From Raoultibacter sp. (GTDB lineage: Bacteria; Actinomycetota; Coriobacteriia; Coriobacteriales; Eggerthellaceae), in contig JAVVXN010000003.1 in assembly GCA_036651575.1 (NCBI GenBank), forward strand, positions 9,766 to 73,765: a stretch of 64,000 nucleotides of DNA. Direction: 5' to 3'. The notes beneath the pieces are model-generated. The model saw nothing but the letters and a program-made list of their open reading frames with translations. It searched no databases and was not told the origin of the DNA. Shown here in pieces: positions 29,466 through 38,059 of the stretch. How positions within the stretch are numbered: the first letter of the stretch is position 1; each line of letters starts with the position of its first letter. Both the position numbers and the translations under genes were made by a program.

Positions 29466-31187
29466 ATGACTATTCGTGTTTTAGCCCGCGGGTCCCTGTC
29501 AATTTTTCTAGCAGCGTTGATGGTTGTTTTCTTTGCGTATCCCACACCGTCTGCGTGGGCTGTTGATAACGATCAAAAAAAATCAGCATCTGAAGAAGAG
29601 ATTGAACGTGCGTTTGATAACGGTGAAATAAAAACCGAGATTCCGCCCGCTTTACGCGAGCAAAGCCAAAACAGCATTCCTTTAGCCCGTTCTAATAAAG
29701 CAATTAAAACCCTTGCAGGAGAAAGCTTGTACGATACGGCTGCTGCCGAAGCACGCTATGCCTACAGCGCTTCTTCCTGGGCTATCGTTGCAAGCGGGGA
29801 AAGCAGCGTTGACGCTTTGGCGGCAACTTCGCTTGCCGGAGCACTTGACTGTCCTATTTTGCTGACGTCGAAAAGCTCGCTTCCCGCTGCTACCTCTGAT
29901 GCTTTGGCATCCCTTGGTGTGACCAACGTTATTATTACGGGTGGCGAAGGGGTGATTTCGGCATCGGTGGCAGATGAGATCAGCGCCCAGGTGGGTACGA
30001 GCCCCACCCGTCTGTTCGGTCAGGATCAATACGATACCCAGCTTGCGATCTACGCCTACGGGGCTGACCGGTCCCTGTGGGGATCTCAGGCGATCGTCGT
30101 TTCCGGTGTGGCGGGCCAATTCGCCGATGCACTTTCGGCAGCACCGGTGGCTTTCGCGCAAAAGGCGCCGATATTTTTCGTGGATGAGACCGGATCGTTG
30201 CCGAACAAGACTATTCAGACGCTTTATGCGGCAAGCACCCTTTCGTCTGCGGTTGCCGTGGGGGGCTCAGCTGTTGTGTCTGAGTGGACGATGGGAGCCC
30301 TTGAAGCCCTTGTTGTCAATCACGGGAGCGCTCGCTCAAACGTGGTGCGGCTTTCCGGCGAAACGCTCTACGATACCAGCTTGGAAGTTGCTTTTTGGGC
30401 GGTTGAAAACGCTATTTTATCCTGGGATAACGCGGCGTTTGCCACCGGGAAGATGCCCTATGATGCCCTCGCCGGCAGCGTGGTGCAAGGGCGCGATCGC
30501 TCGGTGCTTTTGTTGGCGGATCCTGGGTATCGCACGGCTTTCGATGTTTTAAGCAGGCACTCCGTGACAACTTATAAATACTTTGGGGGGAAAGCGGTGT
30601 TTAGAAACGCCGACAAAGTTTCGTACGCTTTAAAGCTTGGCTTTCCCCTGTCGGACATAGAAGGGCTTATCGTCTATCTCGATGCGGGGCATGGCTGGAA
30701 TAGTTCTAACAACGGTGTATTCGACTATGGAGCTTGGGGATGTGGCTACAACGAATATGATTTGAACGCTGAATTGACGGGTCAGATTGCACCGGCTCTG
30801 CGTAGCTGGTATGGCCTGGACGTATACGTCAACGATGATGGTGGCTACTATGCGTACCGTCAAAGTGAGGCGTACGCGATGGATTGCGGCGTGTTCGTGT
30901 CGATCCACTTCAATTCGGGTGGTGGCTCGGGGACGGAAAGCTATATCCATTCCTATAATGCCGCTCCCGGTGCATCCGTCTTGCAGTCGCGGGTTCATCC
31001 CGCCCTTATTTCCGGGGTTGGTCTTGGTGACCGCGGCATGAAGAATGAAGAATTTGCCGTATGCGGGGGAAAGGTGCCTGCTGTGTTGCTTGAGGTTGCC
31101 TTTATTGATAACCAAAATGACATGAATGCGTATCAGTCAAGAAAAGGTAATGTGGCCGGAAAAATCGCCGAAGGAATAGCATCGTAG
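29466..31187 (+). CDS. secreted N-acetylmuramoyl-L-alanine amidase with three CWB2 cell-wall-binding repeats
   Basis: Signal peptide '..PTPSAWA|VD'. CWB2-like repeats ('LAGESLYDTAAAEA..ASGESSVDALAATSLAG..CPILLT'). Amidase_3 motifs 'VSIHFNSGGGSGTESY' and 'LLEVAFIDN'. Confidence 0.85.
   Translation: MTIRVLARGSLSIFLAALMVVFFAYPTPSAWAVDNDQKKSASEEEIERAFDNGEIKTEIPPALREQSQNSIPLARSNKAIKTLAGESLYDTAAAEARYAYSASSWAIVASGESSVDALAATSLAGALDCPILLTSKSSLPAATSDALASLGVTNVIITGGEGVISASVADEISAQVGTSPTRLFGQDQYDTQLAIYAYGADRSLWGSQAIVVSGVAGQFADALSAAPVAFAQKAPIFFVDETGSLPNKTIQTLYAASTLSSAVAVGGSAVVSEWTMGALEALVVNHGSARSNVVRLSGETLYDTSLEVAFWAVENAILSWDNAAFATGKMPYDALAGSVVQGRDRSVLLLADPGYRTAFDVLSRHSVTTYKYFGGKAVFRNADKVSYALKLGFPLSDIEGLIVYLDAGHGWNSSNNGVFDYGAWGCGYNEYDLNAELTGQIAPALRSWYGLDVYVNDDGGYYAYRQSEAYAMDCGVFVSIHFNSGGGSGTESYIHSYNAAPGASVLQSRVHPALISGVGLGDRGMKNEEFAVCGGKVPAVLLEVAFIDNQNDMNAYQSRKGNVAGKIAEGIAS
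29709..30203 (+). repeat. 495-bp segment identical to 31565-32059 (copy 1)
   Basis: Boundaries found by direct comparison. The identical translations in several frames of the ORF track (for example the minus-strand ORFs starting 'MRESHRCCRK..') imply 100% DNA identity. Confidence 0.9.
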
Positions 31188-31219
31188 TGAAGAACAGTAA
31201 AAGAGAAGGTGGTCAATCG

Positions 31220-33277
31220 ATGAAGTCATATCGAATTACCGTATCCGTTTTATGCGCTTTCGTTTTGGTCTGTACTCCTCTTTCCGCTGCGCTTGCTCAA
31301 GATATTCAACCGGATGTTTCCGGGGGAAATATGACGGGGCTTGTTGGTGATACGGAGAGTTCAAAGCAGCAAGCCGATGAGGGGTCAGTGCCCGCTGTTG
31401 TACAGCAAGCTTCGGGAGAGCAGCTTGAGGGCAGTGCGGCGTCGAGCGTATCCGATGCCGAGATTGCCGAAACACTCGCTACGGCAGATATCGTGGGAGC
31501 ACATGAAGGGGCAGCAGCGGGTGTTGCGAGCACCCTTGACCTTTTGGCTTCGGCGGGAGTAACCACCCTTGCAGGAGAAAGCTTGTACGATACGGCTGCT
31601 GCCGAAGCACGCTATGCCTACAGCGCTTCTTCCTGGGCTATCGTTGCAAGCGGGGAAAGCAGCGTTGACGCTTTGGCGGCAACTTCGCTTGCCGGAGCAC
31701 TTGACTGTCCTATTTTGCTGACGTCGAAAAGCTCGCTTCCCGCTGCTACCTCTGATGCTTTGGCATCCCTTGGTGTGACCAACGTTATTATTACGGGTGG
31801 CGAAGGGGTGATTTCGGCATCGGTGGCAGATGAGATCAGCGCCCAGGTGGGTACGAGCCCCACCCGTCTGTTCGGTCAGGATCAATACGATACCCAGCTT
31901 GCGATCTACGCCTACGGGGCTGACCGGTCCCTGTGGGGATCTCAGGCGATCGTCGTTTCCGGTGTGGCGGGCCAATTCGCCGATGCACTTTCGGCAGCAC
32001 CGGTGGCTTTCGCGCAAAAGGCGCCGATATTTTTCGTGGATGAGACCGGATCGTTGCCGGATGCGACGATCCGGGTGCTTTTTGCGGCAGCGCCTCTTTC
32101 GTCTATGGTTGCCGTGGGGGGCTCAGCTGTTGTTGCCGAACGGACGATAGGCGCGCTTCAGGCGATCGTTGTTGCTCATGGGCACAGCCGCTCAAATGTT
32201 GTGCGTCTGTTCGGTAATAGCCTCTACGATACGAGCGCAAATGTGGCTGCCTGGGCGGTTGAAAACGCTATTTTATCCTGGGATAACGTGGCGTTTGCCA
32301 CCGGGAAGATGCCCTATGATGCCCTCGCTGGTAGCGTGGTACAGGGCCGGGATCGTTCGGTTTTACTGCTGGTGGACGAGGGGAGCATGCAGGGGCTTGA
32401 CGCCGTCGTGTCTTCCGGTGCCTCCATCTCCGGTTTGAAGTTTTTAGGGGGAACCTCGGTGGTGAAAGCTGAAACGCGTCGCAGTATTTGCTCTGCGTTA
32501 GGCCTGCCTTATCTGTCTGTCAGCTCGCTTTACCACGACATTTCCTTGGCGCAATTTGCCCAAATAGAATCGAGTGCATCAGGAAAATATACCGTTGATG
32601 AAATATTGAGCAGTATGGATCCTGCGCGTTTCGCGGAGGGTACTTCGGGTTTTTACCAATTTGCGGATTTATCGCAGGGCTATTCGGGGATGACAGCGGA
32701 TCAGCTCGATTCGTTTATCGACGCAAACGTTTCATATCAAGAGAAAAGAAATGGCGTGAGAAGCAAGCTGAGGGGTAGCGGTGCCTCCTTTATCGCCGCA
32801 GCGAAGAAGTATCAAATCAATGAGGTGTACCTGCTCGCTCATGCGGCTCTCGAGAGTGGATGGGGTTGTTCTGCGCTGGCTCAAGGAACCGTGAAAGGCT
32901 ATGAGGGTTATCTGAATTTCTACGGTATCGGCGCCTATGATCTCGATCCGAAGAATGGCGGGGCTGCCTTGGCAAAAGATCAGCAGTGGGATACTCCCGA
33001 AAAAGCCATCCTGGGTGCTGCCCGTTGGATATCGCGCAACTACATTCATCCCACCGTTGCCTCAGCGACTGTTTCCGGGCCGCAAAATACGCTGTGGCAG
33101 ATGAAGTGGGATGTTCGGCGTGCGGTTGCCGAGGGCGGTGTTTGGCATCAGTATGCGACGAGCAGAACGTGGGCGACCGGTATCGCTTCGGTTATGAACG
33201 ATTTTTACCGGCAGAGCAACCATTCTTTTGAAGAAACGGGTCTGTCTTTTATCGTCCCCGCTTTTGCGCAGCAGTAA
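31220..33277 (+). CDS. secreted N-acetylglucosaminidase (GH73-like) with CWB2 repeats
   Basis: Signal peptide '..LSAALA|QD', an acidic linker, CWB2 repeats, and a C-terminal 'LLAHAALESGWG..NFYGIGAYD' glucosaminidase motif. ATG 31220 follows the RBS 'GAAGGTGG'. Confidence 0.85.
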   Translation: MKSYRITVSVLCAFVLVCTPLSAALAQDIQPDVSGGNMTGLVGDTESSKQQADEGSVPAVVQQASGEQLEGSAASSVSDAEIAETLATADIVGAHEGAAAGVASTLDLLASAGVTTLAGESLYDTAAAEARYAYSASSWAIVASGESSVDALAATSLAGALDCPILLTSKSSLPAATSDALASLGVTNVIITGGEGVISASVADEISAQVGTSPTRLFGQDQYDTQLAIYAYGADRSLWGSQAIVVSGVAGQFADALSAAPVAFAQKAPIFFVDETGSLPDATIRVLFAAAPLSSMVAVGGSAVVAERTIGALQAIVVAHGHSRSNVVRLFGNSLYDTSANVAAWAVENAILSWDNVAFATGKMPYDALAGSVVQGRDRSVLLLVDEGSMQGLDAVVSSGASISGLKFLGGTSVVKAETRRSICSALGLPYLSVSSLYHDISLAQFAQIESSASGKYTVDEILSSMDPARFAEGTSGFYQFADLSQGYSGMTADQLDSFIDANVSYQEKRNGVRSKLRGSGASFIAAAKKYQINEVYLLAHAALESGWGCSALAQGTVKGYEGYLNFYGIGAYDLDPKNGGAALAKDQQWDTPEKAILGAARWISRNYIHPTVASATVSGPQNTLWQMKWDVRRAVAEGGVWHQYATSRTWATGIASVMNDFYRQSNHSFEETGLSFIVPAFAQQ
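31565..32059 (+). repeat. 495-bp segment identical to 29709-30203 (copy 2)
   Basis: Offset is 1856 bp. It encodes the same 165 aa ('TLAGESLYDT...FFVDETGSLP') in both hydrolase genes. A second, near-identical block lies at ~30397-30500 and ~32253-32356. Confidence 0.9.
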
Positions 33278-34925
33278 CCGTTTTGTGAGGGTAGGCGTGT
33301 CGGGCTGATTGTGCGTTCGGGCTCAAAAACGCCGTTGCTATCACAATGGGTAAGGCGAGATGGAAGGGCAACATGTAGCGGAACTCGCAGTAGTAGGGTG
33401 CTGCAACCAGCATGGTTGCCCAGAGGGCGATCAGGGGAACGTAGGGGAGTATCAATTCTTTTTGAGAGCGCATCCAGCGCACGAGAGCGAGACCTACTAC
33501 CAACCATACGGCTGCTGCAATGCTGAATAGAGGTGACACAAAGCTGCTCGTGCGCATGTTGCCGTAGTTGCTATCCTGATTCCCACCCACTATTGGTATC
33601 GGCGCCACTTCGTAGAGGAGGTTTCGGCCCTCCTCTTTCGTGATGCCGCTTGTGGTGACAACCCAATCCTGCGTCTCGATATTCCAGTATCCTTCGGTTT
33701 CTCTCAGCCACGCTTCGAAATAGGTTTTCGGATTCTCGAGTCCGATTTCAAGCCAGAGTTTCAGAAACTCTGGCTTGTGCGAATCGAGCCATTCGTCGTT
33801 GAAGGAAGGATCGTATTTAACGGGATTGGTGGATATTGGATTGTAGCGTTGAGCCATCTGGTCAAGGTCGACCAGATGGGCTAATTTTTCTTCCTGTTCC
33901 GGCGTCATCGACCCGTTGTTGGCTACGACGGCCGAGATCTGCTGCAGCGGAATCCCTACCGATTCCCTGAAAGGCGAAGGGGCGATGCTGCATGCGGTGA
34001 AGAGTGGTCCGGTAATTACTAAAACGACCGGAATGACGATCAGGAGGGGAATGAGTCGTTTGAGGTGACGGCGGTATACGACCGCCAGACAAAGTGCGCA
34101 TGCTGCCATAGCGAAAACGCCATTATTCCGCAGTAGACAGATAGCAAAGGCGAGTGCGGTAAGGCGTAGGCACGTTGTCGGTGATTCCAAAAGCCTTCCC
34201 TTGCTAAAGGCGATTTCAAAGAGTAAAAGAATAAACAAAAGCATACAGAGCGAAAACGGGATGTCTTTCCACATGGTGGTCGCGTATTTCGCAATAATTG
34301 GGTTAAAGGTGAAAAAGGCGAGGGTTGCAAGGGCGACCAAATCGGGTGCCCCCATTTTTTTGATCCAATAGCACGCGTATGCGCAGACAGCTGCCGTGAA
34401 GATGAGCTGGATAAACAGATACAGCGCGGTTCCTATCGCCACATTTCCCAGCGCGTTTCCGAGAATCACAAAGGGGGATATGAGCAGGGTGAACATGACC
34501 GGATGTGCATTCGACCAGGGCAGTTGGCCGAGTGCTATCTTGATCGAATCGACGCTGTCGCCGGAATAGGAGCCGGGAAAATTAACAAGAAAGGTGATAA
34601 AGAACGACAGAAATAAAACGGCAAAAGCGATGCCTCCTCTGTTTTTTGAAACCGCCGTTTCCGCAAAGGTGATTTGGTGCGTGTCAAGCCAATACGTCAC
34701 AAGGGTAAGTCCCGCGAAAAGAAGCAGGGAAAAGGCGCAAAACGACCAAAAGCACTCCGAAAAACCGGTGCCGTCAAGCCAGTGGCCCAAAACCCACGAA
34801 GCTGAAAGCAGGACGGAAAAAATCGCCAAGAGGGCGTAGTGTGCGGGCGTTGAAAAAACCCGACTCTTGATTTGTGCGAGAAAATTATGCGAAGCATCAT
34901 CGAGGCCAAAAGTTGTTTTGGACAT
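33249..34925 (-). CDS. uncharacterised polytopic membrane protein (DUF6020-like, possible GT-C-type enzyme)
   Basis: 558 aa, at least 10 hydrophobic helices, a ~150-aa hydrophilic loop ('PEQEEKLAHLVD...WNIETQDW') and 2 terminal TM helices. The family assignment is from memory only. Confidence 0.6.
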   Translation of the reverse strand: MSKTTFGLDDASHNFLAQIKSRVFSTPAHYALLAIFSVLLSASWVLGHWLDGTGFSECFWSFCAFSLLLFAGLTLVTYWLDTHQITFAETAVSKNRGGIAFAVLFLSFFITFLVNFPGSYSGDSVDSIKIALGQLPWSNAHPVMFTLLISPFVILGNALGNVAIGTALYLFIQLIFTAAVCAYACYWIKKMGAPDLVALATLAFFTFNPIIAKYATTMWKDIPFSLCMLLFILLLFEIAFSKGRLLESPTTCLRLTALAFAICLLRNNGVFAMAACALCLAVVYRRHLKRLIPLLIVIPVVLVITGPLFTACSIAPSPFRESVGIPLQQISAVVANNGSMTPEQEEKLAHLVDLDQMAQRYNPISTNPVKYDPSFNDEWLDSHKPEFLKLWLEIGLENPKTYFEAWLRETEGYWNIETQDWVVTTSGITKEEGRNLLYEVAPIPIVGGNQDSNYGNMRTSSFVSPLFSIAAAVWLVVGLALVRWMRSQKELILPYVPLIALWATMLVAAPYYCEFRYMLPFHLALPIVIATAFLSPNAQSARHAYPHKTVTAAQKRGR

Positions 34926-35117
34926 AAGAAGGCAAAACCTTTCAAGTTGATTTCGTCATGCATCGTATGATTATAACAAGGAGATCGTGGTTTTTAGTGG
35001 GGATGAAGTGGACGTTTGGTTCGGGTTACCCGTCTGTCAGTATCGGTTCAAACGGTGTGCGTTATCGTTGTTTTACCAGACGGCACGGCGTTAAGGCTGT
35101 ATGTCTGGTGTGTGGTT

Positions 35118-35126
35118 TGCTATAAT
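35118..35126 (+). promoter_or_regulatory. candidate extended -10 promoter (TGcTATAAT) for the 35.3-51.5 kb gene row
   Basis: 'TGCTATAAT' read at 35118-35126, about 145 bp upstream of the first GT2 gene. No good -35 element is visible. Confidence 0.35.
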
Positions 35127-35270
35127 GCCCTCTTGCTGTCGATGGTCTTTGAGCGGGCAGCGATTGCCGGTGTCTGGCCCGCTCGATTTCATTGCTGCAA
35201 GAGGTTATCTATACGTTTTTTGCGATAGGGCACGATGGTGTGTCTGTCGCAACAAGGCTCAAAGGAAGTC

Positions 35271-36335
35271 ATGATGGCACCGATGGAAGAGGATAACGCG
35301 CTCGTGATTTCTCTCGGCGTGGTCGCGTTGAACGAAGAGCTTTTTTTGCCGGATTTGCTCAACGACATTCGGCAACAAGATTACCCTCACGACCTTCTTG
35401 AAATTATTTTGGTCGATGGCGGTTCTGATGATGAAACAAAAAATATCATGCTTCAATTTGCGCACAATGAACGATCTTTTCGTGCTGTTGTGGTGCTTGA
35501 TAATCCTCGGCGCATCCAAGCTGCTGGGTGGAATCGGGTGATTCGTGCTGCTGCGGGCGATGCTGTTATTCGCGTCGATGCTCACGCCTCCCTTCCGGTC
35601 CACTTTGTTTCCGCCAACGCGCAAACGCTGATGGACGGTCATGACGTATGTGGCGGTACGCGTCCGACGGCGGTGCCGAAACAGGATGAAACCCCCTGGC
35701 GGGAAACGTTGCATCGGGCTGAAGAATCGGCTTTTGGCAGCAGTGTGGCCGATTATCGCAAGGCGTTACAACCCGGTTATGTCACCTCGGTTTTTCATGG
35801 AGCGTATCGGGTGGCGGTCTTTAAGGATGTGGGTGTTTTTGATGAACGCCTGGTGCGTACCGAAGATAATGATCTGCACTATCGCATAAGACAGCGCGGT
35901 TACAAGATCTATTTTAACCCTGAAATAGCATCGGTTCAGTATGTGCGGGGATCGTTGCAAAAGATGCTCAAGCAAAAATATGGAAACGGATACTGGATAG
36001 GGCGTACCCTGTTCGTAAATCCTCGCTGTTTACAGCTTTATCACTTTGTGCCGGGCGTCTTTGTCGCGGCATGTCTGATCTGCGCTGTGGTGGGGCTGTG
36101 TGCTTCGTGGTGGCCGCTGATCTTACTCGGTGTGCTTTACGGCGTTGCCTGCATTGCGCTGGGTGTCAAGGCGGTCATAGGGGTAAAGAAAAAAAATATG
36201 ACGATGCTTGTTCTTCCCCTCGTGTTTTGTGGCATCCACGTGTCGTATGGGGTGGGAACACTGCTGGGCATCGTGAGGGGTTTGTTTGGTGGATTGGGCG
36301 ATTTTGATACCAGCTATACGGTAAAGTCACCATAA
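35271..36335 (+). CDS. GT2 glycosyltransferase, ExoA-like, with C-terminal TM helices
   Basis: '[14 protein letters not shown]', '[11 protein letters not shown]', '[11 protein letters not shown]' and 'IRVDAH', then 3-4 TM helices. Confidence 0.8.
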   Translation: MMAPMEEDNALVISLGVVALNEELFLPDLLNDIRQQDYPHDLLEIILVDGGSDDETKNIMLQFAHNERSFRAVVVLDNPRRIQAAGWNRVIRAAAGDAVIRVDAHASLPVHFVSANAQTLMDGHDVCGGTRPTAVPKQDETPWRETLHRAEESAFGSSVADYRKALQPGYVTSVFHGAYRVAVFKDVGVFDERLVRTEDNDLHYRIRQRGYKIYFNPEIASVQYVRGSLQKMLKQKYGNGYWIGRTLFVNPRCLQLYHFVPGVFVAACLICAVVGLCASWWPLILLGVLYGVACIALGVKAVIGVKKKNMTMLVLPLVFCGIHVSYGVGTLLGIVRGLFGGLGDFDTSYTVKSP

Positions 36336-36414
36336 GTATTCTCGGGCAGTTGATGCCGGTGAGATGGATTGTTTTGGCAAAATGTCCGGAGTTTCCCGTT
36401 TGAATGGTGTGTAT

Positions 36415-37254
36415 ATGGTTGAGCAAACTGAGTTAAGAAAATTACAATTGGTGGAATTTGATCTCATGAAGCGCTTTGCTGAAATTTGCGAAGCGCAAGG
36501 TCTTCGTTATTATCTGCTTGGCGGTACCTTGTTGGGTGCTGTTCGTCATGGGGGGTTTATCCCCTGGGATGATGACGTCGATCTGTGTATGCCACGAGAA
36601 GATTACGAACAATTTCTTGCAGGTGCTTCTGAGGCAATGGGAGACGACGGAATACGTATCGTCAGCATCTACAGCGACGATACGTATCGTCAGGGTATGG
36701 CCAAGATGACGACGAGCAAGATGCAGATTATCAATCGTTCCGCCAACGAAGAGCGCGTAGAAGATGCCTGGATTGACATCATTCCTTTGGACGGTTTTCC
36801 TACCAAGACCCTCGCGGTTCTCTGTCATAAAGCGCGTCTTCTGTTTTGGAAGATCATGGATGCCACAGCGGAATTCGACTATGTTGTCGATACGAAAAGA
36901 AAACGGGGCGTGTTGGGATCGGTTGCTTTAAGGGTACTTGAGTTTCTCTGCCGATTCATTCGCCCGTTTGGATCCGACTATCACCGGGTGTTTATGCACA
37001 CGGAAAAGGCGCTGAAGCGATATCCCTATGCCGAAAGCTCCTCGGCGATCAATCTGTATGCAGCACGCGGTTTTAAGGAAATATTCCCGGTCGAAATGCT
37101 CGGGGAGGGGCGTTTGATCGCCTTTGAGGGACGCGAGTTCGTTGCTCCTGTCGATTACGAAGCGGTTCTCGAAACGATCTACGGAGCAGATTACCTGACG
37201 CCTCCTCCCGAAAACGATCGCAACTGGCATAACTCTGAAGTGCTTCCTACCTAA
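36415..37254 (+). CDS. licD: LicD family phosphotransferase (copy 1)
   Basis: '[33 protein letters not shown]'. The start is uncertain (36364, 36382 or 36415). Confidence 0.85.
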   Translation: MVEQTELRKLQLVEFDLMKRFAEICEAQGLRYYLLGGTLLGAVRHGGFIPWDDDVDLCMPREDYEQFLAGASEAMGDDGIRIVSIYSDDTYRQGMAKMTTSKMQIINRSANEERVEDAWIDIIPLDGFPTKTLAVLCHKARLLFWKIMDATAEFDYVVDTKRKRGVLGSVALRVLEFLCRFIRPFGSDYHRVFMHTEKALKRYPYAESSSAINLYAARGFKEIFPVEMLGEGRLIAFEGREFVAPVDYEAVLETIYGADYLTPPPENDRNWHNSEVLPT

Positions 37255-37345
37255 TACCGATTGTGGGTTTTAGGTTCGTGCGTTCCTTTGGGGTATTGTT
37301 TTAAGATAAAATTAATCGAATACTTGTTTTTCACGGGAGGCTCAT

Positions 37346-38056
37346 ATGATATTCGGCGCAATTTTGGCTGGTGGTGTAGGTTCTCGCATGAATATAGATA
37401 GTATGCCGAAACAGTTTCTTCCTTTGGGAAGTAAGCCGATTTTCCTGCATACGCTCGAGAAGTTTCTTTTGTGCAGTGAGTTTGATGCGATCTATATTGG
37501 CGTTCATAAGGATTGGGTCGATTTTGTAAAGGATGCGCTGCTAGACTGCACCCCTTCAAAGATTCCCGTTCATATTGCCTGCGGGGGAGATGATCGCAAC
37601 GAGACCATCATGCGGGTTATCGCGGACATCGAACGTGATTACGGAGTGCGCGATGACGATTTTATCGTTACTCACGATTCCGTTCGTCCCTTCGTGAAGC
37701 TTTCGATCATCAGGGAAAATATCGCTGCTGCGTCACGCTACGATGCGTGCGATACCGTTATCCCTGCAACGGATACCATCGTGGAATCAAGTGACGGCGA
37801 TACGATCGAGGCCATTCCTTTGCGCAATACCATGTATCAGGGGCAAACGCCGCAAAGCTTTAGGATTTCGGTTTTGAAGAATATGTATAAAGATCTCGAG
37901 GTTGAACAGCGTTGTCTTTTGACGGATGCGTGCAAGATTTTGGTCATGAAAGGTCAGCCGGTTCATTTGGTTCAAGGCGATGTGACAAACATCAAGTTAA
38001 CGACGGTGATGGACTACAAGGTCGCCCAGGCAATGCTGGAAAGCGGAGTCGAGTAA
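37346..38056 (+). CDS. tarI: ribitol-5-phosphate cytidylyltransferase (IspD/TarI family)
   Basis: 'AILAGGVGSRM', 'PKQFLPLGSKPI' and 'VTHDSVRPF'. It is paired with a TarJ-like reductase. Confidence 0.8.
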   Translation: MIFGAILAGGVGSRMNIDSMPKQFLPLGSKPIFLHTLEKFLLCSEFDAIYIGVHKDWVDFVKDALLDCTPSKIPVHIACGGDDRNETIMRVIADIERDYGVRDDDFIVTHDSVRPFVKLSIIRENIAAASRYDACDTVIPATDTIVESSDGDTIEAIPLRNTMYQGQTPQSFRISVLKNMYKDLEVEQRCLLTDACKILVMKGQPVHLVQGDVTNIKLTTVMDYKVAQAMLESGVE

Positions 38057-38059
38057 GCG

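Noticed and set aside
29165-29545. The 127-aa N-terminal extension of the YfhO-family ORF in the track (a 1059-aa version).
   Set aside because: - The extension is hydrophilic and Arg-rich.
- It overlaps the start and RBS of the divergent amidase gene.
- The first TM helix begins right after 'MNSKVV'.
- An intermediate start at 29251 cannot be excluded.
29709-32059. The 495-bp identical repeats as a mobile element, or as CRISPR-like or IS-derived sequence.
   Set aside because: - Both copies are in frame inside homologous CWB2 domains.
- There are no terminal inverted repeats, target duplications or transposase genes.
- Only two copies exist.
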